Both the position numbers and the translations under genes were made by a program. The notes below the pieces were generated by a model, which did not search any database, was not told the DNA's origin, and worked only from the letters and a program-made list of their open reading frames with translations. DNA of 64,000 nt from Halobacteriovoraceae bacterium (lineage in GTDB: Bacteria; Bdellovibrionota; Bacteriovoracia; Bacteriovoracales; Bacteriovoracaceae). Position 1 is the stretch's first letter. Each line of letters starts with the position of its first letter. The stretch spans positions 96,001 to 160,000 of the forward strand of contig CAVRCF010000003.1 of NCBI GenBank assembly GCA_963719505.1, in the 5' to 3' direction. Below are positions 18,687-27,736 of this stretch, piece by piece.

Positions 18687-19730
18687 ATGAAATTAATCAA
18701 GCCTAATATCAATCTAAAAGTCAAAGGTTCTAGCACCTTCGTTCCACGTGAATTTGAGTATTCAAATTTGGACATTTTAGATATTCACCCTACAACTAAA
18801 ATTCTTCCAAAGTTTGCTAAGAAAAAACTTGCAAGCTCCATTGAGAAGAAATTTGGTTTTGAAAAAAGATGCATGATAAGAAAGCCCGGAGACGACTCAA
18901 GTGTCGCTGATCAACTCAGTAGCGAGGCGATGTCATCTCTTTGCCTTAAGAACTGTTATAAGGACAGCCAGGAGGAAGTTGGCTATTTCATCATGGGTAC
19001 AACGACATCTAGCCGCTATACTGGCTCACAAGCGACAAGTGTCTTAAGTTCGATTAAACAGTTTTCTCCCGCAGTTGAAATGATGGCAGGATGCTCAACC
19101 TCGTTAGCATCTCTCTATACCGGAATTATGGCCCTTCAAAGTGGGCACGACAATGTGATGGTCGTCTGCAGTGAGACAATGTCAAAGATTGTTAATCCCA
19201 AAATAAGAGAGACTTGGTTTGGACTGGCCGATGGGTCAGCAGCTCTTTGGTTAGAAGTGAACAATAAAGATCCAGATTTTAAAGCTCTAGGAATGATTTT
19301 TGGCACAGACGGTGAACATGTCGACATGTACACGACTCAAGGAAAGTTTCCGCCAAATCAAAAAGATCTTGATCATGGAGGCTATGTTTTGGCAGGGGAT
19401 GGTGACAAGCTTCGTGAACTTTCATTAAAGTATTATGGACAGATGATTGAGCATTTTAAAACGCAGTACAATCTAGAGGAAATAAATTATCTGATCCCTC
19501 ATCAAGTTAATAATTCAATCATTACCGAATTCGTTAACAGTCACTTTAAGGACTCAGCTCTTAAGGTGCTAAAAAATAATAAAGAAATAGGTAATATTGG
19601 AGGAGCATCAGTTCTCTATACACTTTGCGATTCTATTGAAAAAGATACTTTTAAAAAAGGTGATAAAATTTTACTCATGAGTGTGGGCGGGGGACTAAGT
19701 TTCTCGATGCATTTATGGGAAAAGCTATAA
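18687..19730 (+). CDS. KAS III (FabH-like) ketosynthase, divergent
   Basis: Cys-His-Asn triad: AGCSTS, PHQVN, GNIG; SVGGG. Confidence 0.88.
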   Translation: MKLIKPNINLKVKGSSTFVPREFEYSNLDILDIHPTTKILPKFAKKKLASSIEKKFGFEKRCMIRKPGDDSSVADQLSSEAMSSLCLKNCYKDSQEEVGYFIMGTTTSSRYTGSQATSVLSSIKQFSPAVEMMAGCSTSLASLYTGIMALQSGHDNVMVVCSETMSKIVNPKIRETWFGLADGSAALWLEVNNKDPDFKALGMIFGTDGEHVDMYTTQGKFPPNQKDLDHGGYVLAGDGDKLRELSLKYYGQMIEHFKTQYNLEEINYLIPHQVNNSIITEFVNSHFKDSALKVLKNNKEIGNIGGASVLYTLCDSIEKDTFKKGDKILLMSVGGGLSFSMHLWEKL

Positions 19731-20735
19731 AACTTCTAAAACCATATTCGCGGCTAAACCACCACCACCAGCTGAAATAAGAAGAACCTTCTCTCCTGAT
19801 TTTATGGGATAGGAGGTGAGAAGTTCATTTAAGGCCATCCCCACACTTGCTCCACTTGTGTTTCCATACTTCTTTACCGTTTGAATAACTTTCTCCATTG
19901 GAAAATTTAACTTCTTCGCTAAAGCTGTAATCATATGCAGATTGGCTTGATGAGGCACAACCCAAGATATATCTGTAAGATTCATTTTTGAATTCTCTAG
20001 AAGAGTTAGTGTGGTCTCGTGCATTCCGGCCAGAGCTTTTATATAAAGCTCTGCACCACCTTTCATTTTTAGATAGGGATGAAACTCCTCCTTTACATCT
20101 TGATAAGGTGTTCTTGAACCTCCGTGGGGAATTGAAATAATATCAGAGGCACTTCCATCGCTAAAGAGTTGGCCACAGAGGATTTGAAAAGAAGCTTCCT
20201 TTTTAGAAGAGGATATAACACAGCTTGATGCTCCATCTCCAAATAGAACAGAAGTTTGAAAGTCATCTGGATTTAAAAATTTAGATCGAATCTCACTTGA
20301 ACAAAGAAGAACATCTTTTTTAAACCCACTGGCTATTTGCGCTCCAGTCAAGAGTGAAGTGACAAACCCCGCACAGGCAGCCCCAAGATCAAAAGCTCCA
20401 ATATCTTGTAGATCGAGTCGATCTTGTAAAAGAGGGGCTGTCGGGGGGACTGGATAATCAGATGATACAGTGGAGAAGATCAGGCTAGCGAGATTTTCTA
20501 GGCAGTGAGGATGTAACCTTTTTAACGCCATTACACTTTCAAATCCTAGGTCGCTAACAGCTTTATCTTTTGAGACCCAGTAGCGTGTATTGATTCCTGT
20601 TCGCTTTTCTAAAAGTGAGGGTTTTATGTCACTTCCTATCCAGGCCGCAAAGTCCTCATTGGTTATAAGTCTATCCCCTTTTGCCATACTAGGGCCTATA
20701 ATAAATAAAGGATGATCCGGCTTATAGAAACTCAT
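19725..20735 (-). CDS. KAS III (FabH-like) ketosynthase
   Basis: RTGINTR, AACAGF, LFGDGA, PHQAN, GNTS. Confidence 0.92.
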   Translation of the reverse strand: MSFYKPDHPLFIIGPSMAKGDRLITNEDFAAWIGSDIKPSLLEKRTGINTRYWVSKDKAVSDLGFESVMALKRLHPHCLENLASLIFSTVSSDYPVPPTAPLLQDRLDLQDIGAFDLGAACAGFVTSLLTGAQIASGFKKDVLLCSSEIRSKFLNPDDFQTSVLFGDGASSCVISSSKKEASFQILCGQLFSDGSASDIISIPHGGSRTPYQDVKEEFHPYLKMKGGAELYIKALAGMHETTLTLLENSKMNLTDISWVVPHQANLHMITALAKKLNFPMEKVIQTVKKYGNTSGASVGMALNELLTSYPIKSGEKVLLISAGGGGLAANMVLEVL

Positions 20736-20737
20736 TA

Positions 20738-21451
20738 TTAAAGCTTACCGGAATTTGGAATGGGGAGTCCACCGGAGACTTCAAGTTTTGTACCAGTTAT
20801 ATAAGAGCTTTCAGCGATAAGCATTCTTACCGGCGCAATAATATCTTCTGGATTGCCCATTCTATTTGTTAAGATCTGCTCGTTCATCTGGTTTTGATAG
20901 GCTTCTCTTTTCCAAATCATTTTATTTCGAGAAGTTTTAAAAAGGCCAAGCCTTAGAGTGTTGGCCAAGATATTTGAAGCGCCGTACTCAACTGCAATAT
21001 TGGTCATTAAACCCTCAAGGGCCGATTTAAGCATAATATAACTGGAGTATTTTGATGTTCCCATGATTGTTGAAATGGATGATATTAGAACGATTCTTCC
21101 AAAATCATTATCACGCATGCTCTCTAATGAAGACTTAATAATAGATAGATTTCCCTTGAGGTTGGACTTTATATAATCGAGCTCCATCTCAGTGTCGAGC
21201 TGTTCAAGCTTGGCAAGTTTATTCATTTTTGAACAGGCATTAAGAATTAAAATATCATAAGAATCTTTTGGGGCTTCATGATCAAAATGGTGAACGATAC
21301 CTTTTGCCTTAAAACCCTGATAACGAATTTCATTTTGCTTTAGAGAGTCTAAACTTGAACAGGTGTAGGTGATATCATAATCTTTATCAAAGGCTAAAAT
21401 AAGAGCATGAGCAATATCTGATGATCCTCCGGTTATAAGCAACTTTCTCAC
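20738..21451 (-). CDS. SDR oxidoreductase (FabG-like ketoreductase)
   Basis: ITGGSSDIA, GRIVLISS, YIMLK (YxxxK), YITG. GTG start. Confidence 0.88.
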   Translation of the reverse strand: MRKLLITGGSSDIAHALILAFDKDYDITYTCSSLDSLKQNEIRYQGFKAKGIVHHFDHEAPKDSYDILILNACSKMNKLAKLEQLDTEMELDYIKSNLKGNLSIIKSSLESMRDNDFGRIVLISSISTIMGTSKYSSYIMLKSALEGLMTNIAVEYGASNILANTLRLGLFKTSRNKMIWKREAYQNQMNEQILTNRMGNPEDIIAPVRMLIAESSYITGTKLEVSGGLPIPNSGKL

Positions 21452-21675
21452 TTTGTATTTCCTTTGATAAAGGACTCTATATTTTCTATTGTTCTAAAAG
21501 ACTCTTCTGTGAAGTCTTTAGTCGAAAGTTGCCTCTTTGTTGCCGTCTCTAACTCTGAAAATAAAAGGGCACAGGTTAGACTATCTAAACCATAACTTGA
21601 GAGATCGTCAGTCGCCTTTTCAGGGAGTGTCTCCAAGCCTACGTTTAATAGGGCATCTCTGATAATAGCTTCCAC
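21448..21675 (-). CDS. Acyl carrier protein
   Basis: 75 aa acidic protein with GLDSL phosphopantetheine site. Confidence 0.88.
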   Translation of the reverse strand: MEAIIRDALLNVGLETLPEKATDDLSSYGLDSLTCALLFSELETATKRQLSTKDFTEESFRTIENIESFIKGNTK

Positions 21676-23423
21676 TAGCTTACCCTTGCTCTAATTTTAT
21701 TCTTGATATTCCTAAAGTTCATTTTAAAGAGGAAAAGAGAGGTTCTTAAAAGAGATTTAGCCTCTTTAGTTAAAAGCTTACCTTCTTCCCATTTCTTTAG
21801 AGTCATTCTTCGTTTTAGTTTTCCTGAACTTGAGCGTAAAAGGACTCCAGGGGAGTAGAGTTCAATCGTAAAAATGGGAAGCGATTCAGAGGCAATGATC
21901 TTTCTGATTTTTCCTTTTATTTCGTCACCATCTTTGGAGATGAGAGTTGTCTGGGAAACTTCAGCAAGAACAACAAGCTCTTCAGTATCATTCTTTCTAT
22001 TATAGAATGATGAAACAATGACTCTTCCTTTTCTGAGACCTTCTATATGATATATTTTTTCTTCAAAAAGTGTTGGATAGTAGTTCTTTCCTCTTATGAC
22101 CATGGTGTCTTTTAGCCTGCCACAAAGGTAGAGTTCTCCTTGATGTATAAATCCCTCGTCACCCGTATCTAGATAATCATCGATAAAAAGACTTAATGTT
22201 TTTTCTAAATCGTTATAGTAACCAGAAGTTATAGATGGACCTTTAATAAGAACTCTTCCAATTTTTCCATCATCTACTTTTGCGCCCTTTTCATCGATGA
22301 TTTTTAAGTCAAAACTTTTTAGCATTCTACCAATGCAACATATTTCTTCGCCATTTGGGTCGAGTTTTATGTGACCCTTAGCTAGTTTTTCTTTATTAAT
22401 TTTTATAAAGCTCATCCCTCTTTTCTTGTCTACCATGGCCACGGCCAAGGTCGCCTCCGCCATACCGTAAACAGGAATTAGGGATGCGCAGTCAAACTTT
22501 GCAGGCTTCACATGGGCAATAAATTTTTCCATGGTTTCACGATAAACCATCTCAGCACCACACATAGCGACTTTGAGGTTAGACAAGTCGTAAGTGGCAA
22601 TCTTATCACTGGGGACTCGTTTTTGAATTAGACCATAAGCAAAGTTAGGCGCTGTAGTGCAAGTCGTTTTAAAATCACTCATCGCTTTGAGCCAAAGATA
22701 CGGTTTTCTTATAAAGTCATCAGGTCTAATCAAGGTGAGATCATTCCCAACAAATAAAGACACCATAAGGACACCCACGAGTCCCATATCGTGGTAGAGG
22801 GGAAGCCATGACGTTACAGATAGATCTATTGGGTCAATAGGTGTTTCCTCAATAATAATATTTGTATTAGTGACAGCATTTTCTTGTGTGATAATAACAG
22901 CTTTTGGGGCACCAGTAGTCCCAGAACTAAACTGTAAAAAACAGATATCAGACTTCTTATAGGTCTCGATATCAAATCTAAAGAGCTCGACACTTCTGTT
23001 GATGCTTTCTATTGTATGAATAGAGATTTGAGTAGAGCTCAGTATGTCATCGCAAAGAGATGATATGTTTAAATCTGTGATAAGGGCTTTACTCTCGATG
23101 GAGTTAATCATGGCACTTGTTCGGTCTGACCACTCGGTCATATCCGTTAGGCTTGCTGGTGGATAGAGAGAAACAGGCACTGCTCCTATCATTTGAGCCG
23201 CAAAAAAAGCGGCTAAAAATTCCTCACATGTAGGAAGCATTAAAGAGATAATGTCATCTTTTCCAAGTCCTATTTTTTTGTAATAGGCAGCATATTTTTT
23301 TGTGTCTTGTAAAAGTGCAGGATATCGATATTCTCGATACTGAGCTTTTCTATCCATAAAACGTATTACGGATCTATCTTCGCCAGCTCGTTCTAAAAGA
23401 AAGTGGAGCGTGTGAAAGTTCAT
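21675..23423 (-). CDS. Fatty acyl-AMP ligase (FAAL)
   Basis: LQFSSGTTGAPK, SWLPLYHDMGL, APNFAY, YGMAEAT, GRLKD, RSSSGKLKR. Confidence 0.9.
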   Translation of the reverse strand: MNFHTLHFLLERAGEDRSVIRFMDRKAQYREYRYPALLQDTKKYAAYYKKIGLGKDDIISLMLPTCEEFLAAFFAAQMIGAVPVSLYPPASLTDMTEWSDRTSAMINSIESKALITDLNISSLCDDILSSTQISIHTIESINRSVELFRFDIETYKKSDICFLQFSSGTTGAPKAVIITQENAVTNTNIIIEETPIDPIDLSVTSWLPLYHDMGLVGVLMVSLFVGNDLTLIRPDDFIRKPYLWLKAMSDFKTTCTTAPNFAYGLIQKRVPSDKIATYDLSNLKVAMCGAEMVYRETMEKFIAHVKPAKFDCASLIPVYGMAEATLAVAMVDKKRGMSFIKINKEKLAKGHIKLDPNGEEICCIGRMLKSFDLKIIDEKGAKVDDGKIGRVLIKGPSITSGYYNDLEKTLSLFIDDYLDTGDEGFIHQGELYLCGRLKDTMVIRGKNYYPTLFEEKIYHIEGLRKGRVIVSSFYNRKNDTEELVVLAEVSQTTLISKDGDEIKGKIRKIIASESLPIFTIELYSPGVLLRSSSGKLKRRMTLKKWEEGKLLTKEAKSLLRTSLFLFKMNFRNIKNKIRARVS

Positions 23424-23656
23424 TATAATTTTGCCTCTATAATATGCGCCAGATCCCCGACAGTTTCGGGATTTTTCTGTAGTTCCTCAGGCTCGAGAGA
23501 AACTTCAAATTTCTCTTCAATCTCATCAATGATTGTCAAAATACCAAGACTATCAAGCCCAAGATCTTCTTTCAGTTTGTCTTCTTTGGTTACTTCTCTA
23601 TCTAAGTACCCATTTTTTTGCACAACTTCATTAATAAAAGATACAATTTTGTCCAT
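23423..23656 (-). CDS. Acyl carrier protein
   Basis: 77 aa, LGLDSL motif, AGGAG RBS. Confidence 0.92.
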   Translation of the reverse strand: MDKIVSFINEVVQKNGYLDREVTKEDKLKEDLGLDSLGILTIIDEIEEKFEVSLEPEELQKNPETVGDLAHIIEAKL

Positions 23657-23683
23657 TTTAATTCTCCTGATTTACCTTTATGG

Positions 23684-23700
23684 AGCAATTTAAGTGCCAA
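23684..23700 (-). promoter_or_regulatory. Sigma-54 (-24/-12) promoter for the ACP-FAAL-ACP-SDR-KASIII operon
   Basis: Minus strand TTGGCACTTAAATTGCT matches TGGCAC-N5-TTGCW, 27 bp upstream of the ACP start. Confidence 0.8.
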
Positions 23701-23756
23701 GATCAACAAGATATCTCTTCTGAATCTTTTCAAGGGAGTGTTTAAAAAATAAAAAG

Positions 23757-23773
23757 TGTCTAAAGTTTAGACA
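23757..23773. promoter_or_regulatory. Palindrome TGTCTAAA-G-TTTAGACA, candidate enhancer-binding protein site
   Basis: Perfect 8-1-8 inverted repeat about 60-75 bp upstream of the sigma-54 element. Confidence 0.5.
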
Positions 23774-23785
23774 TATTAAAACTTA

Positions 23786-25098
23786 TGTGTTGAATCCCAG
23801 CGACTATGTCCGTTTAATATCCCAGCGATTATGTCCTACCTTGTGTGTCATATTGCTCGCTTTTTATAGTCATAAATCCTCTTTGTGTTGAACACTATTG
23901 GATATATTTCTTTACCCATAATATCAAAGCTCTGACTGCCATCAAGATGGGTATTTATATTCACTTCGCGACCTCGATAGCAAAACTTTTCGTCTATCAA
24001 CCAAGTAATTGCTTTGAAAGAAAATACGTTTCCAACTCCAATTTTTCTTCTCTCTTTTTTACAAAAAACTCTGTCTAAATTTCCAAAAACATTTTTCCTG
24101 TAAGCTGTATCGAAGCTTTGCGACTCTACCGAGAACTGCTTATTAAAAGCTTCTATAAAAGTTGTTCTCAAATAGTCATTTGCCTCTTCCAAAGTTTCTA
24201 TTTTATAAAACGAAAGCTCCGCTACCAGTCGATCTTGTAGAGTCCTAAAGAGACGCTCTACTCGTCCTTTAGCTTGTGGAGAGCTTGCAAGAATTAAGTT
24301 AATATTAACCTGATCAAAGGCTCTTGAGATCTGAGATTCCCAGTCTCGATCTACCTTTCCATAAATCCCTGCTTGATCCATGTAGAAGGCTTCTGGAATT
24401 CCATTTTTATCAATTACTTCCTTGATAACTTTCATCGAATGCATCGACTTCTCTCCATAAAAAAACTCTGCTGCTAAAATCTTTCCGGTTGCATCGTCGA
24501 TTGCTGCAATTAAGTCCGATTTGTGATTACCAAACCAAGGGTGATGGCTTCCATCGAACTGCACGAGCATACCTTCTTGAGGGACTCTGGCTCTAGGCTT
24601 GAAAGATCTTCTCTTCGCTCTTCTTGGAGCTTTTACAAGATTGTGTTTAGTTGCAATTCGATGAAGTGAAGACTTTGAAATTTTAATGTTTTCATTTTTA
24701 ATTAACATTTCGTTAAAGTGAGTGAGATTAAATCCAACATACTTATAAGTTAGAAGATCTACGATCAAAGCTTCTAGTCTTTCAGAAGTTTTATTTACTG
24801 GAGCAACACCAGAATTTTTATGTATGACTCCTATGAAGTCATGAGTCTCAACATTCTTAATAATACGTTGAGACTGGCGATACGACTTTTTAGATATGAT
24901 GGAAAATTCTTTAATAGAAATTTTTCCGGCTAAGACTTCACAGGCGAGTCTATAAAGCTTCATTTGTTTAGCATCCATGCTTATTTTTCCCATTTAACAC
25001 CTCAGGTTTGATTACCTGAGTATTGTAATATTAATGCGTTAAGTAGGACATTTTCGCTGGGAAATAAGGATAGGACATAATTGTCGAATCTTTATACA
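23786..25098 (-). mobile_element. ISNCY/IS1202-like insertion sequence, about 1313 bp
   Basis: Ends TGT...ACA with imperfect 26-bp terminal IRs that both end ATGTCC; repeated subterminal TCCCAGCGAnnATGTCC boxes; flanking direct repeat TATTAAAACTTA at 23774-23785 and 25099-25110. Confidence 0.85.
23848..24993 (-). CDS. ISNCY/IS1202-like DDE transposase
   Basis: N-terminal HTH; QFDGSHH, IDDATG, YMD, SPQAKGRVERLFRTLQDRL. Reading frame intact. Confidence 0.93.
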   Translation of the reverse strand: MGKISMDAKQMKLYRLACEVLAGKISIKEFSIISKKSYRQSQRIIKNVETHDFIGVIHKNSGVAPVNKTSERLEALIVDLLTYKYVGFNLTHFNEMLIKNENIKISKSSLHRIATKHNLVKAPRRAKRRSFKPRARVPQEGMLVQFDGSHHPWFGNHKSDLIAAIDDATGKILAAEFFYGEKSMHSMKVIKEVIDKNGIPEAFYMDQAGIYGKVDRDWESQISRAFDQVNINLILASSPQAKGRVERLFRTLQDRLVAELSFYKIETLEEANDYLRTTFIEAFNKQFSVESQSFDTAYRKNVFGNLDRVFCKKERRKIGVGNVFSFKAITWLIDEKFCYRGREVNINTHLDGSQSFDIMGKEIYPIVFNTKRIYDYKKRAI

Positions 25099-25157
25099 TA
25101 TTAAAACTTATGATCTGTATGGAGACAGATGTTTTGAAACCATGGTACATTTGACCT

Positions 25158-26456
25158 ATGAATTATAGATTTTTGAACCTTGCTGTCGGTGACGCATTTT
25201 ATCTGAGTGAAATTAAGGATCTTCTTGATCCTAATTCTGAGGTTGAGTTTTTTGTCCCCAAGGACTGTGAGAAAATCCAGAGAAAAACATTCGATGGCTT
25301 TTTTACGATGATAACGACTATTGAAGGTGAGAAAGTTGCTATTTGTTATAACGATTTTCGAGGTTTTGGTTCCACTTTTGGTGTTGAAAACTCTTTAAGG
25401 GTTGGAGCATTCCTAGACCATATTACTGATAAAAAGATCCCTCTTATATATTTGGCCAATAGCTCTGGAATACGAGTTCAAGACTCAAGAAAAGTCTTTA
25501 GAAACTCTTTTACTCTTGTGGCCAAGATAAAGAAATTTGCAAAAGAAAACTTATATATTTCAGCTTCCCTTGGACAGACTCTCGGATTAAGTGCATTGCT
25601 CTACTCGTTAGCAGATTATCGTCTGGCCTTAAAAGAGGTTTGTAAATTTAATTTGACGGGGCCTGAAATTTTTAAAATGTTTTTTGGAACAAAAGTTGAC
25701 TTCAGTGATGCCTGTAATGCGGAAACAATGTTGCTTGAAAATCAACTCGTTCAAGACATAGCAGTAGATAAAGCCGATCTTTTCAAGAGGCTCAGAGAGA
25801 TTTTTCAAAAGTCAGCCCCACAATTTAGTCCCGTGGTCACGAATATGGGAGAGCTTCAAAGGTGGATTGAAGGTGACTCTTTAGAACTTTTTTCGAGTTT
25901 TGGTAAATCAGTAAGAATTTTTTTGAAACAGACGGAGCAAGGAAAGATAGGCGTTTTTTATAATCCTTTTAATAACCCAAATATGATGCGGGTTATTGAC
26001 GTACAAAAAATGAGATTTGGTCTCAGCTTTTTTCAAAAATTAGGAATACCTATTTTAAATTTTGTTGATACTGCCGGTGGAGATCCTAGAATAAGTGAAA
26101 ATAATAATAATATCGCCAGGCAGTTATATGATCTTGCCAGTGATATTATTGATTATCCATATTATAAAAGGGCGATTATTTGTGGTCGCTGCTTTGGTGG
26201 CGCATCGATTTTATCTTTTCCAGTCTTCTTTGGAGGGGATAAAACCATCTTAATTGACGGAGCTAAAATAGGCATCATGGACAATAATATAATCAAGCAC
26301 CTTCTTTCAAACGCAAAACCTCTTCTATCAATTTGGGAAGAAAATAAAAAAGAAGAATTTGAAGACTATTCTGACTACGTCAAAGATGGACTGACAACCT
26401 CCTTAATGTCTATTGAGGAAGCTTTTGAGACTCTTACAAAAGAGATTAACTACTAG
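25158..26456 (+). CDS. Acyl-CoA carboxyltransferase domain protein (two CT subdomains, divergent)
   Basis: NSSGIRVQD, LTGPEI, FVDTAGG, GRCFGGA resemble PccB/AccD motifs. Confidence 0.8.
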   Translation: MNYRFLNLAVGDAFYLSEIKDLLDPNSEVEFFVPKDCEKIQRKTFDGFFTMITTIEGEKVAICYNDFRGFGSTFGVENSLRVGAFLDHITDKKIPLIYLANSSGIRVQDSRKVFRNSFTLVAKIKKFAKENLYISASLGQTLGLSALLYSLADYRLALKEVCKFNLTGPEIFKMFFGTKVDFSDACNAETMLLENQLVQDIAVDKADLFKRLREIFQKSAPQFSPVVTNMGELQRWIEGDSLELFSSFGKSVRIFLKQTEQGKIGVFYNPFNNPNMMRVIDVQKMRFGLSFFQKLGIPILNFVDTAGGDPRISENNNNIARQLYDLASDIIDYPYYKRAIICGRCFGGASILSFPVFFGGDKTILIDGAKIGIMDNNIIKHLLSNAKPLLSIWEENKKEEFEDYSDYVKDGLTTSLMSIEEAFETLTKEINY

Positions 26457-27736
26457 TTTTTCCTCTTCATTTTTATAAGAATTTCTCTGTCTGGCTTTAA
26501 TGTGATGAGCCCTTTTGGTTTTACATCCGGCTTTGACTCCAAAACAAAATCGAAGTGGTAAAAAAGATGCTTTATGACGGTATAAATTTCTGTTTCGGCA
26601 AGTATCTTTCCAATGCAATTTCTCGTTCCAAGGCTAAAGGGAAAATAGGTAAATTGATTAGGCTTTTTGAATTGTCCTTGTGAGTTTAGCCATCGAGATG
26701 TTTTAAAGACCTTTGCATCTTTGAAGTACTTCTCATCTCTTTGAGTCGTATAGGGGCTTAGACTTAAGTAATCTCCAGCTTTAATTTTTACTCCCGATAT
26801 TTCTACATCTTCTATAGCTTTTCTGCCGATATTCCAAACTGGAGGATAGAGTCTGAGCATCTCAAAAATAAAAGCCTTAACAATTGGCTGTTGTTCTAAG
26901 TCTTCGTAAAGAATTTTTTCTTCATAGCATTTTGATATCGCCTCGAGAAGCTCGCCAGTGATAAGACTGTCTTTCACACTTGTATAAAGAATCCACGTTA
27001 GTACTGTGGCCGTCGTTTCATGACCAGCTAAGAAGAGAGCAAGCATTTGGTCATTGATCTCTTTTGGGTCACAACCAGCATTTAAAAGAATACCTATAGC
27101 CCCATTTTCCTCGTCATTTGAATGATTTTCTACCAGTTCTGAAGAGATACTCTGGATGTTTAAAATAGCTTTTCTATATTTTAGGTGGTGGGGCAGAGGC
27201 AGCCACATGATCTTTTTATAACCAGGAATACTCATGTAGGCTATAAGCTTCAAAGCATCTTGCAAACTCTCGTCAATCACCTTCATTTTCTGATCTAGCT
27301 TTTGCCCAAAAAGTAACACTGAAATAATGTCCATTGAGACTTTGGTAAAGAACTCTTCAGTGTTTACTATTTGTGTTTCAGTGTTTTTCAATTGAAGAGA
27401 CATGAGTTCATTTATTTCAGTCTCAAAGCGAGAGACAAAAGCCTTTGAAAAAACTTTTGAAAGATCTTTCCTTCGCTTTATATGATCTTCACCGTCACTC
27501 GATAGAATATTGTCCCCAATTAAAGCTTTTGCATTATTTAAGGCCATTCCTTTGTTGAAGGACTTAGCTTTAGTGAGAAGAATTTCTTTGACGGCTTCTT
27601 GGTTATAAAAAAGATATATTTTTGTTCCGGCCATTCCAATCACATTTATGTCATGCCCTTCTTCAGACATTTTAAGCTGATAGGCCGGTGCATCTTTCAT
27701 ATACTTTATGGCAGAGGCTTTGTTTACTTTACTCAC
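26453..27736 (-). CDS. Cytochrome P450
   Basis: AGHETT I-helix, EMLRLYPP (ExxR), FSLGTRNCIG haem ligand. GTG start. Confidence 0.95.
   Translation of the reverse strand: MSKVNKASAIKYMKDAPAYQLKMSEEGHDINVIGMAGTKIYLFYNQEAVKEILLTKAKSFNKGMALNNAKALIGDNILSSDGEDHIKRRKDLSKVFSKAFVSRFETEINELMSLQLKNTETQIVNTEEFFTKVSMDIISVLLFGQKLDQKMKVIDESLQDALKLIAYMSIPGYKKIMWLPLPHHLKYRKAILNIQSISSELVENHSNDEENGAIGILLNAGCDPKEINDQMLALFLAGHETTATVLTWILYTSVKDSLITGELLEAISKCYEEKILYEDLEQQPIVKAFIFEMLRLYPPVWNIGRKAIEDVEISGVKIKAGDYLSLSPYTTQRDEKYFKDAKVFKTSRWLNSQGQFKKPNQFTYFPFSLGTRNCIGKILAETEIYTVIKHLFYHFDFVLESKPDVKPKGLITLKPDREILIKMKRKN

Noticed and set aside
18668-18697. dif-like sequence on the minus strand (TTTCATAA-TAAAT-TTATGTTATC)
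   Set aside because: The spacer is 5 bp rather than 6, the arms are imperfect, and it overlaps two start codons in AT-rich DNA.
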